Positions 8,677 to 18,491 of a stretch of DNA of 32,154 nucleotides are shown here, in pieces. Made by a program: the position numbers and the translations under genes. Source of the DNA: Halobacteriaceae archaeon (GTDB lineage Archaea > Halobacteriota > Halobacteria > Halobacteriales > Halobacteriaceae). The stretch is from positions 1 to 32,154 of the forward strand of contig JBDGTS010000041.1 of assembly GCA_042216675.1 (NCBI GenBank), in the 5' to 3' direction. The notes under the pieces were generated by a model. It did not search any database and was not told where the DNA came from. It saw only the letters and a program-made list of their open reading frames with translations. The first letter of the stretch is position 1; each line of letters starts with the position of its first letter.

Positions 8677-10151
8677 CTGAGCCACTCACCGCCGACGTGC
8701 TCGTCGTCGGCAGCGGCATCGCCGGCTGTGCGGCCGCTCTCGGCGCCGTGCGCGAGGGCGCGGAGGTGCTAGTGGCGACGAAAGCGACCCAGCCCGAAGA
8801 TTCCTCGACGGACTGGGCGCAGGGCGGCGTCGCCGTCACGCGGAGCGCCCCCGACGAGTTCGCGGCGGACATCCGCGCCGCGAGCGACGGCACCGCCGAC
8901 GAGGCGGCCGTCGAAACGCTCGTCTCGGAGGCGGGCGACGCCGTGCGCGACGTCCTCATCGACACCCTCGACGTCCCCTTCGACGAGGACGGCGACGGCT
9001 TCGACTTCGCGCGCGAGGCCGCCCACTCTCGCTCGCGCGTCCTGCACGTCGACGCGGAGACGGGCCGCCACGTCCTCCGGCCGTTCCTCGACCACCTCGA
9101 CGGCCGCGACGCCGTGCGCATCCGCGAGGACACGGCCGCGCTGGACCTGCTGACCCACGAGGGCAGAGTCCACGGGGCCCTCCTCGAATCCGACGGCGAG
9201 GTGCGCCCCGCCTACGCCGGCGCGACGGTGCTGGCGACGGGGGGCATCGGCGCCTGCTACGGCCGCTCCACGAACCCCGACGGGGCGACGGGCGACGGCA
9301 TCGCGATGGCCGCCCTCGCGGGCGCGGAGACGGCCGACATGGAGTTCGTCCAGTTCCACCCGACGGCCTACGCCGGCGACGGCGACCCCTTCCTCGTCAG
9401 CGAGGCCGTCCGCGGCGAAGGAGCCGTCCTCAGAAACGGCGACGGCGAGCGATTCATGCCCGACTATCACCCCGACGCGGACCTCGCGCCCCGCGACGTC
9501 GTGTCCCGTGCCGTCACCGAGGAGCGAGCGGCGACGGGCGAGGTGGTCCTCGACGTCTCCGGGGTGGCCTTCCGCGACTCGTTCCCGGGCCTCGCGGCGG
9601 CGTGTGACGCCCGCGGCGTCTCGCTCCCCGAAATCCCCGTCGCGCCGGCCGAGCACTTCCTCTGTGGCGGCGTGGCCGTCGACGAGTGGGGGCGGGCCTC
9701 CCTCGACTGCCTCTACGCCGCCGGCGAGTGCGCGCGCACCGGCGTCCACGGCGCGAACCGCCTCGCCTCCACGTCGCTCTTGGAGGGTCTCGTCTGGGGC
9801 CTCCGCGCTGGCGAAGACGCCGCCGGTCACCCCGTCGAACGCGTCGAGGCGCCCGACTTGCTCGACAGCGACCCGGCGCTTCCCGATGGCTTCGCCGAGG
9901 AGAAGTTCCACCGCCTCCGTCGCGTGATGGACGACCGCGTGGGCGTCGAGCGAACGCCCGACGGCCTCCGGCGCGCCGAGGCGGCCGTCACCCGCCTCAA
10001 GGGCGAGGTGGACGCCTACACCCGGACCCGCGTCGCTCGCTCGCTGTACGAACTCCGCAACGCCGCCGTCACGTCGCTCCTCGTCACGCGCGCGGCCCGC
10101 GAGAACGAGGACTCCGTGGGCTGTCACCACGTCGCGCCGTCGGCCGATTAG
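8673..10151 (+). CDS. nadB: L-aspartate oxidase NadB
   Basis: VVGSGIAG FAD motif, AQGG, EAAHS, QFHPT, SEAVRGEG, LAPRD, GVHGANRLASTSLLEG; ATGA overlap with nadA. Confidence 0.95.
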   Translation: MTEPLTADVLVVGSGIAGCAAALGAVREGAEVLVATKATQPEDSSTDWAQGGVAVTRSAPDEFAADIRAASDGTADEAAVETLVSEAGDAVRDVLIDTLDVPFDEDGDGFDFAREAAHSRSRVLHVDAETGRHVLRPFLDHLDGRDAVRIREDTAALDLLTHEGRVHGALLESDGEVRPAYAGATVLATGGIGACYGRSTNPDGATGDGIAMAALAGAETADMEFVQFHPTAYAGDGDPFLVSEAVRGEGAVLRNGDGERFMPDYHPDADLAPRDVVSRAVTEERAATGEVVLDVSGVAFRDSFPGLAAACDARGVSLPEIPVAPAEHFLCGGVAVDEWGRASLDCLYAAGECARTGVHGANRLASTSLLEGLVWGLRAGEDAAGHPVERVEAPDLLDSDPALPDGFAEEKFHRLRRVMDDRVGVERTPDGLRRAEAAVTRLKGEVDAYTRTRVARSLYELRNAAVTSLLVTRAARENEDSVGCHHVAPSAD

Positions 10152-10396
10152 GGTGCGTAGCGCCGGTAGGCGACGACGGCGACGGTGAGGGCCACCGCGC
10201 CGGCGGCGACGAGGGCACCCCCGAGATTCACCTGCCCCCGGAAGCCGGCGAGCATCACGCCCAGACTGACGGCGAAGAGGCCTACCTGCGAGAGAACCAC
10301 GATCGCGAGAAACGCGCGAAGCGTCGTCTTCGGCACGTCCGTCAGCGACCCCTCGAACGCAGGCGTCTCGTCCTCGTCGAAGATGTCGTCGAACAC
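10148..10396 (-). CDS. Small haloarchaeal two-TM membrane protein
   Basis: 82 aa, acidic N-terminus and two hydrophobic helices; GTG start 1 nt after the gpmI stop. Confidence 0.7.
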   Translation of the reverse strand: MFDDIFDEDETPAFEGSLTDVPKTTLRAFLAIVVLSQVGLFAVSLGVMLAGFRGQVNLGGALVAAGAVALTVAVVAYRRYAP

Positions 10397-10397
10397 G

Positions 10398-11915
10398 CTA
10401 CTCCAACAGCGACGCGCCGGTCATGGCCGCCGGTACGTCCACGTCGAGCAACGAGAGGAGCGTCGGTGCCACGTCGGCGAGTGTGCCGCCGTCCCGGATT
10501 CGCCGCCGGCCGTCGGTGCCGTCCGGCGCGCGATAGACGACGGGCACCTCGTTGTAGGTGTGGGCAGTGTGGGGGTCCTCGGGCGTGCCCATGTCGTCGG
10601 CGTTGCCGTGGTCCGCCGTCACGAGGACGTGGACGCCGGCCTCGCGGAGGGCGTCGAGGAGGCGTCCGAGTTCGCGGTCCGTCGCCTCGACGGCCGCGAC
10701 GGCCGCGTCGAAGTCGCCGGTGTGGCCCACCATGTCCGGGTTCGCGTAGTTCAGGACCAGCACGTCCGGGTCGTCGCTCGCGAGGGCGTCGAGGACCGTG
10801 TCGGTGACGCCGGCGGCGCTCATCGCTGGCGTCTCCTCGTAGGTGGGCACGTCGGGGCTGGGGACGATTTCGCGTCGCTCGCCCTCGAACGCCACCTCGC
10901 GGCCGCCGTTGAGGAAGTAGGTGACGTGGGCGTACTTCTCGGACTCCGCGACCCGCAACTGCGTCAGCCCTGCTTCCGACAGCACCGCGCCGAGGGGGGT
11001 CTCAGGTTCCCGGGGCGGGAACGCCACCGGCAACTCGAAGGTGGCGTCGTACTCCGACATCGTGACGACGCGGCAGTCCGGCGGCGCCGTCTCGAACGCC
11101 CACTCTGGGTCGACGTCGGCGAGCATCCGCGTGAGTTGTCGCGCGCGGTCAGCCCGGAAGTTACAGAAAATCACGCTGTCGCCGTCGGACAGCGCCGGTC
11201 CCCCGTCGACGAGTGTCGGCTCGACGAACTCGTCGGTGTCGCCCCGGTCGTAGGACGCCCGGACCGCCTCGACGGCGCTCTCGGCCGCCCACTCGGCCGC
11301 TCGGTTCACGATGGCGTCGTACGCGCGCTTCGTGCGCTCCCAGTTCTGGTCGCGGTCCATCGCGTAGTAGCGGCCCGAGACGGTCGCGGGGTGGCCCGTG
11401 CCCGCCTCCTCGGCCACCGATTCGAGGGTGGCGAGGTAGTCCTCGCCGCCCGTGGGGCTGGTGTCCCGGCCGTCCGTGAACGCGTGCGTGGCGGCCTCGA
11501 CGCCGCGCTCCGCGGCGGCCTCGATGAGCGCGTGGACGTGTTCGTGGTCGCTGTGAACGCCGCCGTCGCTGACGAGTCCGAGCAGGTGGACGCGGCCGTC
11601 GTTCGCGTCGGCGTGGTCGAACGCGCCGGCGATGGCCTCGACGTCAGCGAGTTCGCCGCGCTCGATGGCGTCCTCGATGCGGGTGTACTCCTGAAACACC
11701 ACCCGGCCCGCACCGATGGTGAGGTGGCCCACCTCGCTGTTGCCCATCTGCCCCTCCGGAAGGCCGACGGTGCGGCCGGTGGGCGTGAGCGTGCCGAACG
11801 CGCCCGCGGCGCGCAGTCGGTCGAAGTTCGGCGTGTCCGCCGTCGCCACGGCGTCGCGGCCGCCGCCCTCGCCGCTCAGCCCCCAGCCGTCGAGAATCAC
11901 GAGCGCCGCTCTCAT
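10398..11915 (-). CDS. gpmI: 2,3-bisphosphoglycerate-independent phosphoglycerate mutase
   Basis: LVILDGWG, GQMGNSEVGH, SDGGVHS, GRYYAMDRD, NFRADR, EKYAHVTYF, NPDMVGH, TADHGN. Confidence 0.97.
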   Translation of the reverse strand: MRAALVILDGWGLSGEGGGRDAVATADTPNFDRLRAAGAFGTLTPTGRTVGLPEGQMGNSEVGHLTIGAGRVVFQEYTRIEDAIERGELADVEAIAGAFDHADANDGRVHLLGLVSDGGVHSDHEHVHALIEAAAERGVEAATHAFTDGRDTSPTGGEDYLATLESVAEEAGTGHPATVSGRYYAMDRDQNWERTKRAYDAIVNRAAEWAAESAVEAVRASYDRGDTDEFVEPTLVDGGPALSDGDSVIFCNFRADRARQLTRMLADVDPEWAFETAPPDCRVVTMSEYDATFELPVAFPPREPETPLGAVLSEAGLTQLRVAESEKYAHVTYFLNGGREVAFEGERREIVPSPDVPTYEETPAMSAAGVTDTVLDALASDDPDVLVLNYANPDMVGHTGDFDAAVAAVEATDRELGRLLDALREAGVHVLVTADHGNADDMGTPEDPHTAHTYNEVPVVYRAPDGTDGRRRIRDGGTLADVAPTLLSLLDVDVPAAMTGASLLE

Positions 11916-12004
11916 GGCCGAGGGGAGGCGCCCCCGCGCCACGTACCTTTCGCTGTCGCCCGGCGATGGAGGGAGTTTTGTGCCCCCGCGTCCACGCCTC
12001 GGCC

Positions 12005-13234
12005 ATGACGCTCGACCCGGTCCACGTCGAGGGCATCGCCGCTCTCGCGCGGCACATCAGACACGACGTGGACGAGACGGACCACCGCGGACTCGCGGAG
12101 CGGGTCTGGGCGGACTTCCTCGACCCGCTGTCCGACGACGGCGACCCCGTGCTGGAGCCGATCGGCGAGCAGGCGCGCTACTGCGCCGACGTGGAGACGC
12201 TCGGCTTGCAGGAGTCCGCCTTCGACACCGTCCACGGACTGGACTCGGGCACCGTCAACGAGCGGGTGTTCCGCAACGGCCTGACCATCGACGTGGCACA
12301 GGCGGCGATGAGCGTCACGCCGACGGACCTCGGGGTCCAGCGCTCGCGCACCATCGTCACCGGCGTCCACACGAACGACGCCACCGTCACCCTCACCGGC
12401 GACTGGCAGACGGGCGACGACGGCCACGCGCGCCTCCGGGTGTTGGAGGTGCCCGACGTGGGCGCCCGCGAGCGCGCGGTCCACTGGCTCACGCTGTACC
12501 ACGCCGAGAGCGAACACGCGCTTCGACACGCCGACGACGTGGACGACTTGCTCGTCCTCGACGGGCCGCTCTATCCGAAGGAACTGGTGAACTGGGCCGG
12601 GACGGGCGGCCTCGCCGCCCTCGTGGCCGACGAGGAACGCGTGGAATCGGTCGTCGACAACTACGTGTCGCTCGTCGAGCAGTTCCTCGACCGGGGGGTA
12701 CCCCTCGTCGGCTTCGTGAAGGGGGCGCGCTCCCACGCCCTCCTGCGAGCGCTCGACGGGTCGCTTCCGACGCCGTGGGCCGACGACGTGGCGCTGTTCA
12801 CGCACCTGTTAGAGCGCCGCGAAGACGGCGAGCGCGTCACCTCGGAGCTGTCGTGGACGAACTGGTTCGTCTCGCGGCTCGGCGCCGACGGCGCCTTCGG
12901 CCGCGACGGCGACCCGGGCGTGGACCGCTCTCGCGACCCCAGCGACTACGAGGTGGCCTTCTTCGTCGTCTTCGACCCGCGTCGCGACCTGACGTTCCGC
13001 GTCGAACTCCCGCTCGGTTTCGCCCGCGACCCGGACGTGCGCGAGGCGGTCCAGCGCCACGTCCTCACCGGCGTCGCCGCCGCCGAGGGGCCGCCGCCCG
13101 CCGTGGCGAAAGCCGACGAGATGGCCCGCGTCGGTCCCGCGGAGGCGCAGTCGCTCGTGCGGGAACTCGAAACCGCCTTCGACAGCCGTGCCGACCGCTC
13201 CTACGACGACGAGCGCTGGGGCGACTTCCGGTGA
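12005..13234 (+). CDS. nurA: DNA double-strand break repair nuclease NurA
   Basis: GLDSG and LLVLDGPLYP acidic motifs, VGFVK, P..VAKADE.A C-terminal motif; herA nearby. Confidence 0.85.
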   Translation: MTLDPVHVEGIAALARHIRHDVDETDHRGLAERVWADFLDPLSDDGDPVLEPIGEQARYCADVETLGLQESAFDTVHGLDSGTVNERVFRNGLTIDVAQAAMSVTPTDLGVQRSRTIVTGVHTNDATVTLTGDWQTGDDGHARLRVLEVPDVGARERAVHWLTLYHAESEHALRHADDVDDLLVLDGPLYPKELVNWAGTGGLAALVADEERVESVVDNYVSLVEQFLDRGVPLVGFVKGARSHALLRALDGSLPTPWADDVALFTHLLERREDGERVTSELSWTNWFVSRLGADGAFGRDGDPGVDRSRDPSDYEVAFFVVFDPRRDLTFRVELPLGFARDPDVREAVQRHVLTGVAAAEGPPPAVAKADEMARVGPAEAQSLVRELETAFDSRADRSYDDERWGDFR

Positions 13235-13272
13235 CCGGTGCGTTTTTTGTCAGCGCTCGGTAACGGTCGGCT

Positions 13273-14019
13273 ATGTCCTCGCAGGCCATCGAGACGGCCG
13301 CCCTCACGAAGCGCTACGGCGACACGACGGCCGTGGAGAACCTCGAACTCTGGATTCCGCAGGGCTCGGTGTACGGCTTCCTCGGCCCGAACGGCGCGGG
13401 CAAGACGACGACGATGCGGATGCTCACGACGCTCATCGAACCGACTTCGGGGACGGCCACCGTCGCCGGCCACTCCATCGAGGACCGGGCGTCGGTGGTC
13501 GACCACATCGGCTACCTCCCCGAGGAGCCACCCCTCCACGACGAACTCACCGGGCGCGAGCAGATGGAGTACATCGCCGGCCTCCGCGACATCCCCGACG
13601 ACGAGGCGGCGGCACGCATCGACGAGTTGTTCGAGCGCTTCGACCTCGCCGAGGACGCGGACAAGCGCATCTCCGCCTACTCGAAGGGGATGAAGCAGAA
13701 GGCCGGCATCGTGCAGGCCATCCTCCACGAACCCTCGGTCGTGTTCCTCGACGAACCGACCAGCGGCCTCGACCCGCGCGCCGCGCGCACCGTCCGCGAC
13801 ACGATTTCGACGCTCGCCGCCGCGGACACGACGGTGTTTCTCTCGACGCACATCCTCCCCGTCGTCGACGAACTCGCGGACCGCGTCGGCGTCCTCTACG
13901 ACGGGTCGCTCGTCACCGAAGGCGCACCCGAGGACCTGAAGGCGCGCGCCGAGGCGGGCGCGGAGGGCACACTGGAGGACGTCTTCCTCGAAGTGACCCG
14001 CGAAGTCGGTGAGGTCTGA
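13273..14019 (+). CDS. ABC transporter ATP-binding protein (exporter type)
   Basis: GPNGAGKTT, YSKGM signature, FLDEPTSGLDP, STH. Confidence 0.95.
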   Translation: MSSQAIETAALTKRYGDTTAVENLELWIPQGSVYGFLGPNGAGKTTTMRMLTTLIEPTSGTATVAGHSIEDRASVVDHIGYLPEEPPLHDELTGREQMEYIAGLRDIPDDEAAARIDELFERFDLAEDADKRISAYSKGMKQKAGIVQAILHEPSVVFLDEPTSGLDPRAARTVRDTISTLAAADTTVFLSTHILPVVDELADRVGVLYDGSLVTEGAPEDLKARAEAGAEGTLEDVFLEVTREVGEV

Positions 14020-15629
14020 TGCGGCCGACGCTCAGTCACGTGCGTCTCGTCGCGGAGACGGAACTCCGGCGACGCTGGCGCGCCACGCGGGACAACACCG
14101 TCCAACTCGCCGCCATCGGCCTGCTCTCTTTGTTCTACCTCGCCGTCACCGCGGCGGGTGCCTTCGGCGGCTACGTCGGCGGGCAGGCGCTGGCGGCCGG
14201 TGACGTGGCGACCCCGCTCCGGTACGGCCGCTACGCCGCGGCCGCGGCGCTCCTCTTTCCGACGTTCATCATCGCCTTCCGCACCGCCGCCCGCCTCGGC
14301 ACATTCGACGCACTCGACGGTCTGCTGACGACGGTGCCACACGACGACGTGGCCGGTGGCCTGCTGGCCGCGGAGAGCGTCTGGTTCGCCGGGACGTTCG
14401 GGCTCCCGGCGCTCCTCGCCGTAATCGCGTTCGGCGTCGGCGCCGGGTCGCCCGCGCTGGCCGCCACCGTGTTGCTCGCGCTGGTGGCCACCGCCGGTCT
14501 CGGCGTCGTCACCGGGTTCACGCTCGGCTTCGCCGCGCGGAACGTCCTCGCGCGCTCGGAGTTCGTCGCCCGCCACCGGACGGCGCTGGGCGCACTGGTG
14601 TTCGTCGGCTACATGGCTCTCGTCGGCACGGGGCGCGTCGACACCGTGGTCCAGCCCCTGTTGGAGTTCGTCCGGGCGACCCCCGTCGGCTGGTTCGCTG
14701 ACCTCGCGCTCCTGCCCGCCGGCGTCGCCGCGCGCCCGCTTCTCGCCGGGGCCGCGGTCGTCGGGACGCCGGTTCTCGGCGCGTCGCTGTTCGGTGCGAG
14801 TGCGTGGCTGGCGGGGCGATACTGGTACGGCGACCACGCCCGCGGCCCGACGGGCGAGACGCACTCCCGCCGCTTCGTCGGCGGTCTCTCGTCGGGCGTC
14901 TTCGACGGCCTGCCACGCCCGACGGCCGCCGTCGCCCGAAAGAGTTGGCTCCGCGCGATTCGCGCTCCCATCAAACTCGTCTACGTCGCCTACCCGCTCT
15001 TTTTCCTCGTCGGCTACCTGAGTCAGGCGCTGGAGGCTGGCGCGATACCAGCCGAACTCCCGCCGCTGTTGGCGCTGTACGGCGCGTGGGCGACGGGGGC
15101 CGCGTTCACGCTCAACCCCCTCGGTGACGAGGGCGCGGTGATGCCGGTGGCGGTGACGACGCCCGTCACGGGCCGCCAGTTCGTCACCGGGCTTCTGGTC
15201 TCGGGGGTGGCTGTCGGGACGCCGCTGTCGGTCCTCGTCGCGCTCGGGACGGCCGCGCTCAGCCCCCTCGACGTCGCGGCGGCGGGCGTGACAGTCGGCG
15301 TCGCTCTCGTCTTCCCGACTATTGCGGCCGCCATCGCCGCGGGCGCCGGGTCGCTGTTCCCGAAGTTCGAGGCGTCGAACATCACCCGGAGTCGGGAGGC
15401 CATCGTCCCGAGCATCTACGCGTTCGGCCTCTACTCGCTCGTCCTCGTCGTGACGTGGCTCCCGGCCGGCGTCGGCGGAATGGCCGCGGAACCGCTCGGG
15501 GAGGCCGCGGGCGTCAGCCCGGCCGTGGTGGCCATCGCCGGGGGCGCGTTGACACTTCTCGTCGGAGCCGTCGTCGCCCTCGTCTCCGTCCGCTACGCCG
15601 CCCGGCGGTTCGCGACGTTCCGGCTCTAG
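14019..15629 (+). CDS. Large ABC exporter permease (two repeated membrane halves)
   Basis: 536 aa, many hydrophobic helices, TGATG overlap with the ATPase gene. Confidence 0.82.
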   Translation: MRPTLSHVRLVAETELRRRWRATRDNTVQLAAIGLLSLFYLAVTAAGAFGGYVGGQALAAGDVATPLRYGRYAAAAALLFPTFIIAFRTAARLGTFDALDGLLTTVPHDDVAGGLLAAESVWFAGTFGLPALLAVIAFGVGAGSPALAATVLLALVATAGLGVVTGFTLGFAARNVLARSEFVARHRTALGALVFVGYMALVGTGRVDTVVQPLLEFVRATPVGWFADLALLPAGVAARPLLAGAAVVGTPVLGASLFGASAWLAGRYWYGDHARGPTGETHSRRFVGGLSSGVFDGLPRPTAAVARKSWLRAIRAPIKLVYVAYPLFFLVGYLSQALEAGAIPAELPPLLALYGAWATGAAFTLNPLGDEGAVMPVAVTTPVTGRQFVTGLLVSGVAVGTPLSVLVALGTAALSPLDVAAAGVTVGVALVFPTIAAAIAAGAGSLFPKFEASNITRSREAIVPSIYAFGLYSLVLVVTWLPAGVGGMAAEPLGEAAGVSPAVVAIAGGALTLLVGAVVALVSVRYAARRFATFRL

Positions 15630-15949
15630 TCCTCGACGGCGACGGTCACGTCCTCGGGGTCGACCCCGAGGCGGGCGAACTGCGTGCGGACGTGTTCTCT
15701 GGCAGCGTCGAGGGCTTGCTCCCGGGTTTCGAAGCCCCGGGGCATGGGCGTCTCGAACGCGACGTTGACCTCGCGGTCACCGATCTGCTGGACCTGTCCG
15801 CCGCTCTCGACGGCGTAGAACTCGTCGCAGACCCAAACGTACGGCGCGTCGTCGTCCGGCGCGCCGTCGAAGGAAGGTGGCTCCTCGCCACGTTCGTACA
15901 GCGTCCCCGTCAGCGACGTGCCCCCGACAGTCCCGCGCACCTGCAACAT
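15626..15949 (-). CDS. Conserved haloarchaeal hypothetical protein, divergent from herA
   Basis: 107 aa acidic ORF (MLQVRGTVGGTSLTGTLYERGE...YVWVCDEFY) that fills the gap between flanking genes. Confidence 0.78.
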   Translation of the reverse strand: MLQVRGTVGGTSLTGTLYERGEEPPSFDGAPDDDAPYVWVCDEFYAVESGGQVQQIGDREVNVAFETPMPRGFETREQALDAAREHVRTQFARLGVDPEDVTVAVED

Positions 15950-16028
15950 GGTCGACTCGTGGGGCTACACCGCAAAAAGCCGTCCGCCGAGGGAAACCGC
16001 TTTGGCGCCGCCGCCGAACTGTAGGGCC

Positions 16029-17810
16029 ATGAGCGACCTCGGCGACTTCGCAGACCACGACGCCGACGACGCGGACGCCAGCGAGGACGCCGACGCGGAC
16101 CCGGAGGGGTTCACGACGCCGGACCTCGACGAGACGGGCGAGGACTCGGGGCTGGGCACTATCGCCGTCTCCGAGGGGCTCCGCGTCGCGGACGACGAAC
16201 GCGACACCTCCCTGCGGGCCTACGTCACCGCCGCCAACCGCTCGGCGGTCCGCATCGGCCGCTACGTCGTCGCGCCCTACCCGGACGGCGAGCGTCTGTT
16301 CTGCCGCATCTCGGGCCTCGAATACGCCCCCGCGTTCGGCGGCGACGACGCCACCGAAATCAACGCCCGGCGCGCGATGCGGAGCGACGGCATCGACGAA
16401 CGCGACTACAAGTTCATCGCGGACCTCGACCCGGTGGCCGTCGTGTACGCCGACGGCGACGCCCTCGAACGCCGGATGCCCGACCGGGTGCCAAAGCCCG
16501 AGACGGTGGTGCGCGAGGCCCGCGACACCGCCGAAATCAAGACCGGCCTGAAGATACCCGAGGACGGCATCTTCCTCGGCCACCTCTCCGTCGGCGGGCA
16601 GAAGGTGCGCACGGCGACGGAGCCACCGACCATCGACTACCGCCTCAAGGACGACTACGGCGCCGGTGACCCCCTCGTCTTCCGGCACACCCTCGTCGCC
16701 GGCGGCACCGGGTCGGGGAAGACCCACGCCGCCAAGAACGTCCTCCGGCAGTTCCTCGACGAGGAGCGCCGCTATCCCATGGACGACGGGGCGGAGCGCC
16801 GCGCCGCCGTCGTGCAGTTCGACCCCCAAGACGAGTACGCCCAGATGCACGACGACAACCCCGCGGCCGACGCCGACGACAGGCGGCGCTGGGAGCAAGA
16901 GGGCGTCGCCCACGGCGGCCACGAGGACACCGTCACCTTCGTCCCGGACGTGGCGGGGGCGTCCTACGCCGCGGACCACCACCGCGCCGAGCAGGTGGCG
17001 TTCTCCATCCCGTTCTCGATGGTGCGGGACAACCCGTGGCTCGTGGCCGGCGCGGACCTCAACGAGAACCAGTTCCCGGCGCTCGTCCACGAACTCATCC
17101 CGCGCTTCTTCGAGACGCACGGGGCCGGCGGCACCTACGAGCAGTTCCTCTCCTTCCTCGACGACCCGGCGCTCCGGGAGGAACTCGACGAGAGCGGGCG
17201 GGTCCACGAGGCCACCTTCGACGCCGTGAAGCGCCGCGTCCGTGGCTTCGGGAGCGTCTTCGACGGCGACGCCACCCCCATCACCGAGCAGGTGCGGGAG
17301 TTCGTCCGCCCGGGTCGGCTCTCGGTTGTGCCCACCTACCACGTCAACTCCTCGCGCGCGACGGAGACGGTGGTGCTGGCGCTGTCGAGTCTGCTCGTCG
17401 ACGAGAAACTGTCGAACGACCCCCGCTACGACCGCATCAAGGAGACGCCCCTCGTCGTCGGGATGGACGAGGCGCACAACTTTCTCACCGACGCCGACAC
17501 CGAACAGGCCAGTCGCGTCATCGGGAAGTTCACCGAGGCGGCCAAGCAGGGCCGCAAGGAGCGACTCGGTCTCTTCCTCATCACGCAGGACCCACAGGAC
17601 ATCGCCGACCCCGTGTTCAAGCAGGTGAACACCACGATGGTCCTCAACCTCGGCGACGAGGCGGCCATCGACGCCGTCAACATCCCGCCGTCGCTGGAGC
17701 AGAAGGTGCCCTACATGGAGACGGGGCAGATGGTCGTCTACTCGCCCGACAACTCCGAACCCGTCGAGGTGACGGGGCTTCCCACGTGCGTCGTCCGACA
17801 CGGCGACTGA
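16029..17810 (+). CDS. herA: HerA-family DNA translocase/ATPase (HAS barrel plus RecA-like domain)
   Basis: Walker A GGTGSGKT, FDPQDEY, Walker B GMDEAH, Arg finger QGRK, ITQ.P; nurA nearby. Confidence 0.88.
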   Translation: MSDLGDFADHDADDADASEDADADPEGFTTPDLDETGEDSGLGTIAVSEGLRVADDERDTSLRAYVTAANRSAVRIGRYVVAPYPDGERLFCRISGLEYAPAFGGDDATEINARRAMRSDGIDERDYKFIADLDPVAVVYADGDALERRMPDRVPKPETVVREARDTAEIKTGLKIPEDGIFLGHLSVGGQKVRTATEPPTIDYRLKDDYGAGDPLVFRHTLVAGGTGSGKTHAAKNVLRQFLDEERRYPMDDGAERRAAVVQFDPQDEYAQMHDDNPAADADDRRRWEQEGVAHGGHEDTVTFVPDVAGASYAADHHRAEQVAFSIPFSMVRDNPWLVAGADLNENQFPALVHELIPRFFETHGAGGTYEQFLSFLDDPALREELDESGRVHEATFDAVKRRVRGFGSVFDGDATPITEQVREFVRPGRLSVVPTYHVNSSRATETVVLALSSLLVDEKLSNDPRYDRIKETPLVVGMDEAHNFLTDADTEQASRVIGKFTEAAKQGRKERLGLFLITQDPQDIADPVFKQVNTTMVLNLGDEAAIDAVNIPPSLEQKVPYMETGQMVVYSPDNSEPVEVTGLPTCVVRHGD

Positions 17811-17855
17811 TCGGGTAGGCTGACCTTTTTCAATCCCTCGTCCGAATCCTCACAC

Positions 17856-18284
17856 ATGGCAAGCCATGTGCTGGTGCCCTACGACGGGTCCGAGCAGGCC
17901 GATCAGGCGCTAGACCACGCCTTCGAGGAACACGGCGACGCGACGGTGTCGGTGCTCCACGTCATCGACCCCGTGGAGGCGGGCTACACCTCACAGCCGA
18001 CCGCGTTCGGACAGGCCGAGGAGTGGTTCGAGAGCGCGAAAGAAGAGGCCGGGGAGATGCTCGACACCGTCGAGGCGCGGGCCGACGACGCGGGCGTGGC
18101 CGTCGAGACGGCCATCGAAGTCGGGCGCCCCTCGCGGACCATCGTGGAGTACGCCGACGAGGAGGGCGTGGACCACATCGTGATGGGGAGTCACGGCCGG
18201 TCCGGCGTCTCGCGGATTCTTCTGGGGAGCGTCGCCGAGGCCGTCGTGCGGCGCTCGCCGGTGCCGGTGACCATCGTGCGGTGA
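17856..18284 (+). CDS. Universal stress protein (UspA family)
   Basis: VLVPYDGS, IVMGSHGRSG...LGSVAE.VVRRSPVPV. Confidence 0.95.
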   Translation: MASHVLVPYDGSEQADQALDHAFEEHGDATVSVLHVIDPVEAGYTSQPTAFGQAEEWFESAKEEAGEMLDTVEARADDAGVAVETAIEVGRPSRTIVEYADEEGVDHIVMGSHGRSGVSRILLGSVAEAVVRRSPVPVTIVR

Positions 18285-18285
18285 C

Positions 18286-18491
18286 TCAGTCCAGCAGGTA
18301 GGCGAAGGCCCGGAGCGTCTCGCGGCCCTCGTCGGTGAGTCGAATTTCCTTTCGCCGCCCGCTGTCCGCCGTGACCGACGCGCTCCGGGCCGCGGGTTCG
18401 TCGTCGAGGCCGTCAGAGAGCCACCGGTCGCGGCCGGCGAGACGTTGCTCGATTCGCTCCCGGAGGCGCTGTTTCTCCGGGCGCGTCTCGA
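18286..18491 (-). pseudogene. Start-less 3' remnant of a wHTH transcriptional regulator (HFX_2341/DUF6293-like)
   Basis: Open frame ending GRRKEIRLTDEGRETLRAFAYLLD*, which resembles a wHTH wing and last helix; no ATG/GTG in frame after the KaiC-gene stop. Confidence 0.5.

Noticed and set aside
10185-12008. Long opposite-strand ORFs (607 aa here; also 15777..17801, 22693..24567, 26198..28567, 28416..29702)
   Set aside because: They are antisense shadows of well-supported genes, expected in high-GC DNA, with R/V/G-rich composition and no motifs.
12005-17810. HerA-based anti-phage defence system (e.g. Sir2-HerA)
   Set aside because: No Sir2 or other effector is adjacent; the context (gpmI, usp) and composition look housekeeping, with NurA as the partner.
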